NCBI GenBank assembly: GCA_947478395.1 | Contig: CANJVR010000007.1 | Location: 32,001 to 96,000 of the forward strand | Length of the DNA stretch: 64,000 nucleotides | Reading direction: 5' to 3' | From: Opitutia bacterium | Lineage (GTDB): Bacteria > Verrucomicrobiota > Verrucomicrobiia > Opitutales > Opitutaceae | Shown here: positions 1 through 9,754 of the stretch, piece by piece | How positions within the stretch are numbered: the stretch's first letter is position 1 | Layout: each line of letters opens with the position of its first letter | Translations under genes and position numbers: made by a program | Notes under the pieces: model-generated | Databases searched by the model: none | Told to the model about the DNA's origin: nothing | What the model saw: the letters and a program-made list of their open reading frames with translations, nothing else

Positions 1-1
1 G

Positions 2-1561
2 GTGGTTTGTATCGTCCAGCGCAACGAACTCCTCGCGGGACTTTTCTATCTTCTCACCCTTTATGCTTTCGCTCTTTCCCTGCAGGGGACGTCGCCGAAT
101 CGATGGCGCGTGGCGGCGTTTGCGGCGTGCCTGGCTGGCGTCCTGAGTAAGGAGGTCGTGGCCACAGCGCCGCTCGTGGTGCTGCTCTATGACCGAACGT
201 TTGGGGCGGATTCGTGGCGCGAAGTTTGGCGACGGCGGGGACGATTTCACCTCGTACTCGTTGCGACCTGGCTGCCGCTCGCGTGGTTGATGTTCGGGAC
301 TCATGGCCGGGCCGGAACCGTGGGATTCGGTTTAGGCATGAGTGCGTGGAGTTATCTGCTCACGCAGTGTCGCGCGCTGGTGATTTATCTGAAGCTATCG
401 GTCTGCCCTTATCCTTTAGTCCTCGATTATGGCGCGGAAGTCGTCTCTGGACCGGGAGAGGTTTGGTCCCAGGCAATTGTGATCATTGGGCTTCTCGGCG
501 TGACCATCTGGGCGCTTTGGCGGCGTCCGCTTGGGGGATTTCTAGGGGCCGTTTTTTTTCTAATTCTCGCGCCCAGCTCCAGCATCGTACCGCTCACCAC
601 CCAAACAATCGCTGAGCACCGCATGTATTTACCATTGGCGGCGCTAATGGTGCTGGCCGTTGTGGCGAGTGAGCGTCTGGCCTGGCGCGGCTTCCTGCGC
701 GGCGCAGTCGCGGTGGGTTTGGGCACTCTGACTTATTTCCGCACTTTGGACTACAGCAGTGAGGCTAAAATTTGGCGAGATACGGTGAACCATGCGCCCG
801 GCAACGCGCGGGCGCATTCGAGCCTAGGGCATGTGTGGGCACTTGAGAAGCGGTGGAACGAAGCGGCCGAGAGTTACGCAACCGCGGTTCGGCTGCGGCC
901 TGATTACGCCGATGCCCAAAACGACTACGCCAATGTACTCGCGCAGCTCGGACGCAAGATCGAGGCCCTGGCGCATTATGAAGCGGCGTGGAGGTTAAAA
1001 CCCGACGACCTTGATATTGGTTTCAACTTTGGTCGGGCATTGGTGGCTGAAGGCCGCATGGCCGAAGGCATTGACCGGCTCACTAAAGTCGTGCGCAGCG
1101 ACCCTACTCGGTTCGCGGCGTGGCTTGCCATCGGTGAGGCCAATTCGCTGATCGGCCAAAAAGAGGCCGCGGCCGCGGCCCTAACGCGAGCAGTGCAGCT
1201 GCGTCCTGACGTCGCCGAGCTGCAGTACAATCTCGGCAATGTGGAACTCGAACTCAACCGACTGCCTGCGGCCGTGTCGGCGCTTGCCGAAGCCGTGCGC
1301 TTGCAGCCCACGTGGCCAGCGGCCCGCAACAATCTTGCGCTCGCTTTGGTCCGCGCGGGCCGGCCCGCGGACGCGGTCTCGCACTACGAGGCGGCGCTTC
1401 GGGTGGAGCCAAACAACGCTCAGGTTCATCAGAATTTGGCTTTGGCGCTCGGGCAACTCGGACGGGTGGAGGAAGCGATCGTTCACGACGAGGCGGTGCT
1501 CCGATTGGACCCCGCGAATCGCGAGGCCCGCGATCACCTTTTGCGGCTGCGCCGACGTTGA
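2..1561 (+). CDS. Membrane GT-C-type protein with C-terminal TPR array (TMTC-like), 5'-truncated by window edge
   Basis: Multi-TM N-terminal half with QRNELL, SKE and AEHRMYLP motifs typical of TMTC-like proteins, followed by many TPR repeats (e.g. AELQYNLGN, AARNNLALAL). Confidence 0.8.
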   Translation: MVCIVQRNELLAGLFYLLTLYAFALSLQGTSPNRWRVAAFAACLAGVLSKEVVATAPLVVLLYDRTFGADSWREVWRRRGRFHLVLVATWLPLAWLMFGTHGRAGTVGFGLGMSAWSYLLTQCRALVIYLKLSVCPYPLVLDYGAEVVSGPGEVWSQAIVIIGLLGVTIWALWRRPLGGFLGAVFFLILAPSSSIVPLTTQTIAEHRMYLPLAALMVLAVVASERLAWRGFLRGAVAVGLGTLTYFRTLDYSSEAKIWRDTVNHAPGNARAHSSLGHVWALEKRWNEAAESYATAVRLRPDYADAQNDYANVLAQLGRKIEALAHYEAAWRLKPDDLDIGFNFGRALVAEGRMAEGIDRLTKVVRSDPTRFAAWLAIGEANSLIGQKEAAAAALTRAVQLRPDVAELQYNLGNVELELNRLPAAVSALAEAVRLQPTWPAARNNLALALVRAGRPADAVSHYEAALRVEPNNAQVHQNLALALGQLGRVEEAIVHDEAVLRLDPANREARDHLLRLRRR

Positions 1562-1706
1562 GGGGGTAATCTTCCCGGTTGTTGGTAGTGGGAAAAACGG
1601 TCGCCGGTTAGGGAGTTTGCCAAAAACCATTTCGCGGTGATCGCGACGGCGGGCCCCATTTCCGCACTCGGAAATTCGCAACGTAATGGGTGCGCTGCGG
1701 TTGGCC

Positions 1707-1739
1707 AAAAAAAAGCGGCTGCCCGTGAAGGGCAGCCGC
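1707..1739 (-). terminator. Rho-independent terminator of Oar-like receptor
   Basis: Minus strand GCGGCTGCCC-ttcac-GGGCAGCCGC followed by T8, just after the stop at 1767. Confidence 0.9.
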
Positions 1740-1766
1740 CGAAGGAGTCGGTTTGATGGACTGGAA

Positions 1767-4700
1767 TTAGAACTTGAGGCGCATGCCCATCTGGATCTGC
1801 CAGCGTGACACCGGGGTGTCGTTCGCGACGACCGGGACGCCGTCAAGCGTTCCGCCGTTGAACGTGTAGTTCCACTGTCCCGCACCGCCGTTAGCGGTCG
1901 GGTTCAAGGTGGCACCTGCAACGGCGCGACGATAGGAGAACGGCACTTCTTCGAGCTGACCCCAACCCTTGTGGATCAGACCGCCGAAGTTCAGGAAGTT
2001 CGCGAACAGTTCAGCGCGCAGGGAGCGGAAGAGCGGAATTTGCTGCGTGAGCTTGATGTCGAGGTTCTGCGTCCACGGGGAAGTCTCGCTGTTGCGGGGC
2101 GCGTGCGAGCCCGCGTATTTCATGAGACCATTAGCATCGGCGAACGCGAAGAAGGCGTCGCGCTCTGACGTGACGGCCCACGCCACTTTGGAATCGGTCG
2201 GACCGGTTGGAATATAAAGCAAGTCGTTGAACGCGTAACCGTCGCCGTTGGCGTCGCCGCGGAACACCCAAGAATAGGGGTGACCGGTGCGACTTTGGTA
2301 GATCGCCGCGATCGTCGTCTTGGTGTCCTTCATCTTGAGGAAGTCGAATTCGCGAGCGAGAGTGACGACAAAGCGATCACGGATGTTCGTATTCGAGGTT
2401 GAGGCGATGTCCTCGTTGGGATCGAACACCGCGCGGTTTGAGTAGTTGGAACTCGCGGTCGAGGAGGTGATCGGGCTGACCTCGGTCGCGTGCGCGCGGG
2501 TCCAATCGAAGCCCCACGCCCAGTGGTTCTTCATCGCGCGTTTCAGACCGAGGGTTAGGCCGTTGCTATAACCTTTGTCCGTGTTGGTGAGATATAATAC
2601 ATCGGCGAAGCCGGTACCCACGGGGCCGCCAGTGGTGACGCGGCGACGGCCGTTGACGCTCGTCGACGTGCCGCTCGTGATCGTGCCGTTGTAGTGTTGG
2701 CGACCGTCGGGCATCGTGGTCGCGCCGTTGGCGGCCGTAGACAGAAGATAATTCAAGAACAGCGTGTTAGGCATCTTGTAGTTCTTCGTGTAGTAACCTT
2801 CAACCGTGAGCGTGGCGTCCAGAAACGGCAGGCGATGATCAAGTGCGACGTTGGCCTTCCAGATCGCGGGCTGTTTGAAGTCAGGATCGGTGATATTGAT
2901 GTTCGGTGCAGAGAGCGTGCCGGAGGGCACGGGCTGGTTGTTAACATCAGAACTAAATGCGATGCCGGGCAGCTGAGCGGACGTCGCCGTCACGTTGGCC
3001 ACCGAGCCGGCGTTCGAGTAGGCGTTGGAGATCCAAACGGCTGGGTTCTTACCTTGGAACAGGCCGACACCACCGCGGAGCTGGGTCTTGCGCTCGGTCT
3101 TGAATTGGTAGGTAAATCCGACGCGGGGCGCCGCGGTGCCGTTGCCACTATTCGTGGTATCATTTGCGGTGACGGCCCGACCGCTGTCGGTCGTGAAACC
3201 AGCCGCTGCGAAGCCGCCAGCAGCCGGCGGCTTTTGGGGAACGTAAGGATAGTCATAGCGAACACCTGCGAGCAGGGTGAGCTGCGAATTCGGGTGCCAT
3301 GAATCTTGGATGAATCCGGCGTAGGCATCGTAGCGCCACCGGGCAACGGCATCATTTACGGTGAAACCGGGGTACGGCTTCGCGAGTTGGAACGCGCTTG
3401 GCGGCGTGCCGGCTATCCAGTTGGCGATATTGGCGAAGGTATAGTAACCGTCCGTGTACTGGATGAAGGCATTCACGTATTTCGTGGAAATATCCTCTAC
3501 CCCGAACGTCAAATTGTGGTCACCGAGCGAATATTCGCCGGAAACTTTACCGTTGGTTTCTTTCGACGTGATGGCGTTCAGCTGACGGGAAGATTCTGTC
3601 CCGAAGAAAATCGCGCCGTTCGTGATCGTAGCGCCGGTATCGAGGCGGGTGCCGCCGATCGACTGAACCTGCACTTGAGGAAAGGGTTTGCCGTTGTTTT
3701 GGGGCGACCCGTCGTACTTCGTGTATGAGAGATCAACTTCCGTACGGAAGTCAGGCGTCCACTGACTGAAGAGCTGCGCGGTGTAGCTGTCGGTGTTGCG
3801 GGGTTGGGCGTACCAATAATTGCTCAACGAAGTGTTCGTGGATCCCGTGTAGCTGGGGAATGCGACATCCTGACCGTAAACGCGGCGATACGTGACCGTC
3901 AGACGGTGATTGGCCGAGATATTCCAGTCGATTTTGCCGATCGTAGATTTTTGGGAGGCTAAGTTGTTGGCGGAGAGGTCACCCGTATCGTACCCGAGGG
4001 CCTTGGCGCGCGCGACTACCGCGGCGAGGTCGGTGGCATTCGGAATGAAGTTGGCCTGAGGCGGCGCCGCTTCACGACGGAAGTCTTCGTAGGCGATGAA
4101 GAAGAAGAGTTTGTCCTTGATGATGGGGCCACCGACCGTGGCGCCAAAGGTGCGCTCCTTGAACGTTTCCTTAAGCAAGGTGACGGGATTCTTGTCACGC
4201 CAGTCTTGGTTGGTGTACTCGTAGTAGGCCGAGCCGTGAAAATTGTTAGTGCCGGACTTGATGACGGCGTTGAGATAGGCGCCGGTTGCGCCCGCGCGAC
4301 GGACGTCGTAGGGCGCGAGGTCGACGCTAAAGCTCTGGATTGCATCAAGCGGGATCGGGCTGCGGAGCGACGAAAAGCCGTTGCTGTTCAGGCCGAATGG
4401 GTCGGTCGCTTGCACACCGTCAACCGTGAAAGAATTGAAACGGAAATTTTGGCCTTGAGCGCTGAGCTGACCGCCTTGGTCGAGCGACATCAGAGCGAGG
4501 CGCGAGTCCGTCACTGCAAGGTCCTGAACGTTGCGGCGCACGCTCGCGATGTTGTTGGCGATTTCTTCGTCGGTGAGGTTCGTTCCCGTCCCCATCTTAC
4601 CATTGCCGAAGGTCGTGTCACGGTCGGCTCCGACCGTGAATTTTTCAAGCTGTACGACGTCCGAGTTGAGGCCGAAATTTCTTGTGGTGGAGTCACCGGG

Positions 4701-5030
4701 CTCGATGAAGATCCCCTTCGCGGGTTGAAGCGCGAGGCCGGGGGCCTTGGCGGTGACGGTGTAGGGACCGCCGACGCGCAGATTGGAAAGGTTGTACTGA
4801 CCGTTAGCGCGCGTCGTGGTTGTGGCGACGGTACCCGACGGTTCGTGGAGCGCCGTCACGGTGGTGCCGGCGAGAGGTTTGCCTTGGGCATCAGAGACGG
4901 TGCCGGTGATTTCTGCGGAGGTAAGACCTTGCCCGAATACAGCGGGCGCCAGGGCGAACCCAATAAACAGAAAAGCCGCACGCAGGAAGCGAAGCGGCGC
5001 GACACACTTGGTGGTTAGGATGGTGTTCAT
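1767..5030 (-). CDS. Oar-like TonB-dependent outer-membrane receptor with N-terminal carboxypeptidase-regulatory-like domain
   Basis: Signal peptide, ITGTVSD...GQYNLSNLRVGGPY domain, plug ending VIKSGTNNFHGS, GGPIIKDKLFFF, C-terminal barrel signature QMGMRLKF. Confidence 0.9.
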   Translation of the reverse strand: MNTILTTKCVAPLRFLRAAFLFIGFALAPAVFGQGLTSAEITGTVSDAQGKPLAGTTVTALHEPSGTVATTTTRANGQYNLSNLRVGGPYTVTAKAPGLALQPAKGIFIEPGDSTTRNFGLNSDVVQLEKFTVGADRDTTFGNGKMGTGTNLTDEEIANNIASVRRNVQDLAVTDSRLALMSLDQGGQLSAQGQNFRFNSFTVDGVQATDPFGLNSNGFSSLRSPIPLDAIQSFSVDLAPYDVRRAGATGAYLNAVIKSGTNNFHGSAYYEYTNQDWRDKNPVTLLKETFKERTFGATVGGPIIKDKLFFFIAYEDFRREAAPPQANFIPNATDLAAVVARAKALGYDTGDLSANNLASQKSTIGKIDWNISANHRLTVTYRRVYGQDVAFPSYTGSTNTSLSNYWYAQPRNTDSYTAQLFSQWTPDFRTEVDLSYTKYDGSPQNNGKPFPQVQVQSIGGTRLDTGATITNGAIFFGTESSRQLNAITSKETNGKVSGEYSLGDHNLTFGVEDISTKYVNAFIQYTDGYYTFANIANWIAGTPPSAFQLAKPYPGFTVNDAVARWRYDAYAGFIQDSWHPNSQLTLLAGVRYDYPYVPQKPPAAGGFAAAGFTTDSGRAVTANDTTNSGNGTAAPRVGFTYQFKTERKTQLRGGVGLFQGKNPAVWISNAYSNAGSVANVTATSAQLPGIAFSSDVNNQPVPSGTLSAPNINITDPDFKQPAIWKANVALDHRLPFLDATLTVEGYYTKNYKMPNTLFLNYLLSTAANGATTMPDGRQHYNGTITSGTSTSVNGRRRVTTGGPVGTGFADVLYLTNTDKGYSNGLTLGLKRAMKNHWAWGFDWTRAHATEVSPITSSTASSNYSNRAVFDPNEDIASTSNTNIRDRFVVTLAREFDFLKMKDTKTTIAAIYQSRTGHPYSWVFRGDANGDGYAFNDLLYIPTGPTDSKVAWAVTSERDAFFAFADANGLMKYAGSHAPRNSETSPWTQNLDIKLTQQIPLFRSLRAELFANFLNFGGLIHKGWGQLEEVPFSYRRAVAGATLNPTANGGAGQWNYTFNGGTLDGVPVVANDTPVSRWQIQMGMRLKF

Positions 5031-5073
5031 AGTTTGATCGAGACTTGAGGACGTAGATTTTTAAGACATGCGA

Positions 5074-5089
5074 TGCATGTCGAGTGCCG
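5074..5089 (-). promoter_or_regulatory. sigma54-type -24/-12 promoter of Oar-like receptor
   Basis: Minus strand CGGCAC-TCGAC-ATGCA with exact GG-N10-GC spacing, 43 nt upstream of ATG 5030. Confidence 0.6.
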
Positions 5090-5101
5090 AATCCTTGATT
5101 T

Positions 5102-5116
5102 ACCTGAAATTCAGGT
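5102..5116. promoter_or_regulatory. Palindromic operator candidate
   Basis: Perfect inverted repeat ACCTGAA-a-TTCAGGT, 12 nt upstream of the sigma54 element. Confidence 0.4.
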
Positions 5117-5126
5117 GACGAAATCG

Positions 5127-5876
5127 TTATGGCCGCCGGCGGTAGTCGCCGCGGCTAAAATATTTCTCGAGCCAAATGTAGGCGCAGATAAAGAAGTAGC
5201 GGCTACCCATCTCTTTGATCTTCAACTTCGCTTCGCCAAATTTCCGGTTTCGCCATGAGATCGGGGTGAGCGCGAAACTGTACCCGCGGACGATCGCCTT
5301 CAGCGGGATCTCCACTGTCAGATTAAAATGCGGCGCCAGAAACGGACGGCAGCCATTGATGACCGTACGGCGATAGGCCTTGAAGGCGTTGGTGATGTCG
5401 TTGAGCGGAATGTTGAACCCAATCCTAACCAAGAAATTGGCGAGCCGGTTGACGAAAAGTTTGACCCGCGGGTAGTCGTACACGGCGCCGCCTTTGATGA
5501 AGCGGCTCCCAAACGCGCAGTCGTGGCCCTCGTTCAGCAGCCGCCAGTATTTAATCGCATCGGCCGGAGCGTCGGAGGCATCGGCCATCATGATCACGAC
5601 GGCGTCGCCGACCGAATGATCGAGGCCCCACACCACGGCGCGGCCAAAGCCGTGTTGTCCGAGATTTTGCGTGGGCGCCAAAGTGAGGACAGACGCGCGG
5701 AGTTCCTGCAGTACGCTCCACGTGCGATCTTTGCTGCCGTCGTCCACGACCACGATCTCGTGGGGAATCCCCTCCGCTGTGAAAGCGGCGTAGATCGCAG
5801 CGAGGGTGGACGGCAGCGACTCCGCTTCGTCGCGGGCGGGAATGATGACGGAAAAAAGTTTTAACGGCTCAGGCAT
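5127..5876 (-). CDS. GT2 glycosyltransferase (DPM-synthase/polyprenyl-phosphate type)
   Basis: SVIIPARDE, VVVDDGSKD, GFGRAV, MMADASD, GSRF motifs. Start moved to ATG 5876. Confidence 0.85.
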   Translation of the reverse strand: MPEPLKLFSVIIPARDEAESLPSTLAAIYAAFTAEGIPHEIVVVDDGSKDRTWSVLQELRASVLTLAPTQNLGQHGFGRAVVWGLDHSVGDAVVIMMADASDAPADAIKYWRLLNEGHDCAFGSRFIKGGAVYDYPRVKLFVNRLANFLVRIGFNIPLNDITNAFKAYRRTVINGCRPFLAPHFNLTVEIPLKAIVRGYSFALTPISWRNRKFGEAKLKIKEMGSRYFFICAYIWLEKYFSRGDYRRRP

Positions 5877-5926
5877 GGAACGTTGGTGAAAGGGCGAAAT
5901 GAGGACGGCTTTATATCGGCGTTGGA

Positions 5927-7000
5927 TTACAGCGGCGCGGAGGTTTCGAGCCAGTTTGGGTGGGCGTGGGCGTGGGCGGCGATTTCGTCGAGTATTTCGT
6001 TCGTCGTCGTTCGCGGCTGCCACGACCACAGGCGCTGCGCGCGGGCGGAATCGAGTACGACCCAAGGCAGGTCAAAGGGTCTCGGGGTGGAATCGCTGGC
6101 GATCGGATGCCGGCCGAATTTTTCGTCGCACCAGGCCGTCAGTTGGCAGAGCGAGCGCGCGGAGGCGGCGCCTCCGGCGACGTTGGCCAGCCGGTCGGCG
6201 GCGGCAAACTTCGGCGCGGAGAATTGCTTGTCCAACAGGGAAACGAGGTCGCGGGGGTGCAGGCAGTCGCGGACTTGATGGCCGTGGCCGCCGAACCCGA
6301 TATATTTTAGCGGGCGGCGCCGCAGATGGGAGTTGAGCCAGTACGAAAAGATTCCTTGGTCGGCGCGGCCAAATTGCCCGGCGCCGGCGAGTACGCCGCA
6401 GCGATTGATCCAGACCGGCAGGCCGAAGGTCTCGCCGTATTCGAGGGCGAGCGCTTCGCTGCCGAGCTTGGTGGCGCCGTAAAGCGATACGGGCGCGGCG
6501 GTGGAAAATTCCTCCGTGATGCCGGCGGGACTCACGCCCAGCGGGTGCTTCGCGGCGGGCGCGGGACGATAGGCGTCAGATTCAACCGTCACCGCGAGAC
6601 TGGCCAGCGGCGGGATTGAATAGACCCGACTGGTGCTCAGCAGGATAAAGCCCGCGCGGTGCCGCTTGCAAAATTCAAGCAGGTTCAGGGTGCCGAAGAG
6701 GTTGTGCTCAACCAGCTGACGCGAGCTGGTCTGGCCGTCGACTCCGGCCAGTACGCTGGGATTGGCCGCGGCGTCGATCACCCAATCCACCGCCGGGAGC
6801 GATTCCAGGTCGCTCGGCGCGCGGAGGTCGGCGTGAAAAATTTTCACCCCCAGCTTTTTCAATTCGTCGCGATTCGTCTCGCTGCCCGGGCGGATGAAAT
6901 TGTCGAAGCCGTACAACGTGTGACCGGCGCCGGTATGCGCGAAGGCCCGGGCGAGCGTGCCGCCTACGAAACCGCAAACGCCGGAGATGAGAATGCGCAT
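5927..7000 (-). CDS. NAD-dependent epimerase/dehydratase, CDP-tyvelose(paratose) 2-epimerase-like
   Basis: GVCGFVG Rossmann motif, STSRVY, YGATK, GQFG...GHQVRDCLH. Confidence 0.85.
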   Translation of the reverse strand: MRILISGVCGFVGGTLARAFAHTGAGHTLYGFDNFIRPGSETNRDELKKLGVKIFHADLRAPSDLESLPAVDWVIDAAANPSVLAGVDGQTSSRQLVEHNLFGTLNLLEFCKRHRAGFILLSTSRVYSIPPLASLAVTVESDAYRPAPAAKHPLGVSPAGITEEFSTAAPVSLYGATKLGSEALALEYGETFGLPVWINRCGVLAGAGQFGRADQGIFSYWLNSHLRRRPLKYIGFGGHGHQVRDCLHPRDLVSLLDKQFSAPKFAAADRLANVAGGAASARSLCQLTAWCDEKFGRHPIASDSTPRPFDLPWVVLDSARAQRLWSWQPRTTTNEILDEIAAHAHAHPNWLETSAPL

Positions 7001-7130
7001 CTCAGCAGGTTTGCGGGGAATGGGCCGGTCGGGAAGTGCGTTTTTTGGCCGACCGGACCGAGCGGGTGGGCCGGTTGCACCGCAATGCCGGGTTTGACGC
7101 GGGCGGCACGGCGGCGTTGTGTCGGCGTCG

Positions 7131-7799
7131 ATGAGCCAGTTGCGCGCCGATTACAAATCCGTCTGGACCTCGCTTTCGACGTCGAAAGAGGACGCGTTCA
7201 TGGTGGTTTCGGGGTACACCGATGAGGAGCAGTTCCACGCGGACGCCGAGGACACGCTCGATATTTTGCGGGCGACGACCGGGATTCGGCCGGACGATAT
7301 CTTTTTGGAAATCGGCTGCGGCGTTGGGCGTGTCGGGCGCGTGCTCGCGCCGTTTGTGCGCGAATGGATCGGCTGCGACGTTTCGCCGAACATGATCGAG
7401 CTGGCGCGCCGTCGGCTGATCGGCCTCGAAAATACGCGACTGCAGGAAATTTCCGGCTATGACCTCGAACCGATTCCCGATGCCTCGGTGGACGTAGTGT
7501 ATTCGACCGTCGTTTTCATGCACCTCGAAGAGTGGGACCGCTACACCTACGTGTTGGAAGCGATGCGGGTGCTGAAGCCCGGCGGACGTTTTTATTGCGA
7601 CAACGCCGATATCGCATCTGACGCGGGCTGGGCGATGTTCGAGGAAAGTCGGAAAATTTCGCCTAAGGCGCGGCCGCCGCAGATTTCAAAATGTTCGTCG
7701 GTGCCCGAGATCCACGCCTTTCTCAAGCGCGCGGGTTTTGACCAGATCAACGTGGCGACCCGGCCGATGTGGGTCTACGGCTGGGGCACGAAGCCGTAA
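7131..7799 (+). CDS. Class I SAM-dependent methyltransferase
   Basis: LEIGCGVGR motif I, CDVSPNM, DVVYSTVVFMHL, RVLKPGG. ATG 7131 preferred over GTG 7119. Confidence 0.85.
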   Translation: MSQLRADYKSVWTSLSTSKEDAFMVVSGYTDEEQFHADAEDTLDILRATTGIRPDDIFLEIGCGVGRVGRVLAPFVREWIGCDVSPNMIELARRRLIGLENTRLQEISGYDLEPIPDASVDVVYSTVVFMHLEEWDRYTYVLEAMRVLKPGGRFYCDNADIASDAGWAMFEESRKISPKARPPQISKCSSVPEIHAFLKRAGFDQINVATRPMWVYGWGTKP

Positions 7800-7947
7800 G
7801 GATTGGCTTCGGAATACCCGGAGAATTTTGACTGCTGATGAGATTCGCGATCGGGCGAATCCACGCGCACCCCCTGCGGCTAATCGCCTTCGGCCCCTCG
7901 GCCTGAAGCGGGTGACCCCGGCCACGATTAGTTTAGCCGCTTAAGAC

Positions 7948-8017
7948 GTAGCGGCAGGCGTCCCTGCCTGCCCGACCGAACCCGCCGAACCCGGCAGGCA
8001 GAGACGCCTGCCGCTAC
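7948..8017. repeat. GTAG-type REP doublet (family A)
   Basis: 25-bp inverted arms GTAGCGGCAGGCGTCCCTGCCTGCC ... GGCAGGCAGAGACGCCTGCCGCTAC with one mismatch, each arm internally palindromic, between convergent genes. Confidence 0.8.
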
Positions 8018-8225
8018 CCACAACGGTCATGGAAAAAATTAAACCGCTCTGGTCGCGGTGAATTCCTCCGCCGATGAGGGGACGCGACGCCTTCAATGCG
8101 CAGGCGATCCGTCGAAGCCACCGATCAAAGATTTTCTCCCATCGGTAAAATCCGATTCGCGGTTCACTCCCGGTTCCGGGGTTTCGTTTTTCCGAACCCG
8201 CGCCCAAACGACCCGCCGCGTTGCC

Positions 8226-8822
8226 TCAGGATTTCTTCTTCTCTTCCTCTGCTTTTTTCTGCGCCTCTTCGTAGGCCTTGCGTTGCTGCATTCCGATTTC
8301 CAGCAGGTCACTGACGAGCATCCGGGCTTCGGTTTCCTGATGAGCGATGGAGCCGGGAACGGGCGGTGGCTGGGGCGTGCCTTGCGTCGGGGTGGGCAAG
8401 CGCGCACCGACCGACGCCGGGGCGGGGGTGGCAAAACCGTTGTTCACTGTTCCAGGTGTGGCGCCGGCGTTGGCGACGGCCGAGGAACGCAATGTGAGCA
8501 CACGTTCTTTGCCACCGAGCGAGATCACCGCCTGATCGCGGGCGAGATCGTAGCTCAGGACTTTGATGCCCTCGATCGTCGTCCCGACGGGAATCCAATA
8601 CACGTGTTTATTCTGGGTATCGACGATGCACACCTGCGCCGTCTTGCCGCTGCCGCTTACCCCGGTGAGGGCCAGCATTTCCTTGCCCTCGGACGGGGCG
8701 TCCGTCGAGCCGCCTAAGGGGAGAAAAGGCGATTCCTTCGAAAGAGGTACCTGCGCCGTTACGGACACCGTGAAAACCGCGAGCACAGCGGTGGAAGCGG
8801 CAAGGTGAAAAACGCGGCGCAT
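8226..8822 (-). CDS. Exported hypothetical protein, possibly GspC/PilP HR-domain-like
   Basis: Signal peptide, SPFLP motif, beta-rich domain (YWIPVGTTIEGIKVLSYD), Pro-rich linker, charged C-terminal helix. Confidence 0.6.
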   Translation of the reverse strand: MRRVFHLAASTAVLAVFTVSVTAQVPLSKESPFLPLGGSTDAPSEGKEMLALTGVSGSGKTAQVCIVDTQNKHVYWIPVGTTIEGIKVLSYDLARDQAVISLGGKERVLTLRSSAVANAGATPGTVNNGFATPAPASVGARLPTPTQGTPQPPPVPGSIAHQETEARMLVSDLLEIGMQQRKAYEEAQKKAEEEKKKS

Positions 8823-8938
8823 GACGGGGCGGAAGATCGGGACGGAGCAGCGTGGCGTCAAACGCGGAGACGAGGGAAGCCCGCGTTCTGCGCTTCGTTC
8901 GGAGGGCGTTTTTGCGTTTAAGCCAGCTTGATTTCGCC

Positions 8939-9754
8939 CTACCTGCGGGCGGCGAGCATGAGCGCGCTGCCGTGGATGTTGGGATGTTGCTCCACTCTAA
9001 AATCCGTGAAGCCGAATTTCTCCAACGCGCCGATGATTTCTGATTTTTCCATCCAGTAACTGTAGACTTCGCCGCCGCCGCAAAATCCTTTCCAGTCGAG
9101 CGAAGGCCCGTAGTTGAAACGGTGCACGGTGTGCGCGTAGCCGGCATGGTTCATCGGCAGCGCGTCAGAAAACTTCGCGCCGGGCACGGGGTTTTTCCCC
9201 ACAAATTCGGCGTCGTAAAAAACCGTCCACAGGAAAATCGCCCGACTGCGGCGAGCGAGCAGTTCCAGCAGTTCGACGGGATTCGTGAGATGATAAAGAA
9301 TGCCGCACGCGATCGTGATGTCGAAGGTGCGCTCGGTCGTGTGCAAATAGCTGAGCGCATCGCCGAGCAGAAAGCGCGTCCGGCTACTCATGCCGAAGGT
9401 TTCCTTGGCGATCAGACATTTCAAGTAGGCGCGGGCGTTGGCCTCGACCGCGGTAACGCTCGCGGCGCCGAGGCGGTCGACGAGATAGGTGTGGGCGCCT
9501 TCGAGCGGCCCGAGTTCAAGGACATCGCGTCCCGCAAAACCGCCGGTGAGGCCCATCTCGTTGAAACGATCGTGGGCCCATTGCATGCGGGGGTCATCGA
9601 AGAGCGGCGTAGCGCCCGCTTTCAGCTCAGGCCGGTTCGCGGGCGGGGCCGACGACCATTCTCCCGCGAAGAGATCGAGCGCGTTTTGGTCGGAGGGCGG
9701 GACACCAAAAAAATGTTTATAGTCGGACACGAGAAAGGCGGCACGCTTCAGCAA
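8939..9754 (-). CDS. Class I SAM-dependent methyltransferase
   Basis: VLELGPLEG, VTAVEAN, FDITIACGILYHLTNP. Start uncertain (TTG 9754 or GTG 9730). Confidence 0.8.
   Translation of the reverse strand: MLKRAAFLVSDYKHFFGVPPSDQNALDLFAGEWSSAPPANRPELKAGATPLFDDPRMQWAHDRFNEMGLTGGFAGRDVLELGPLEGAHTYLVDRLGAASVTAVEANARAYLKCLIAKETFGMSSRTRFLLGDALSYLHTTERTFDITIACGILYHLTNPVELLELLARRSRAIFLWTVFYDAEFVGKNPVPGAKFSDALPMNHAGYAHTVHRFNYGPSLDWKGFCGGGEVYSYWMEKSEIIGALEKFGFTDFRVEQHPNIHGSALMLAARR

Noticed and set aside
8638..8675. LTGVSGSGKT in the exported hypothetical protein looks like a Walker A motif
   Set aside because: The protein has a signal peptide and no Walker B or NTPase alpha/beta pattern; likely a chance Gly/Ser beta-turn.
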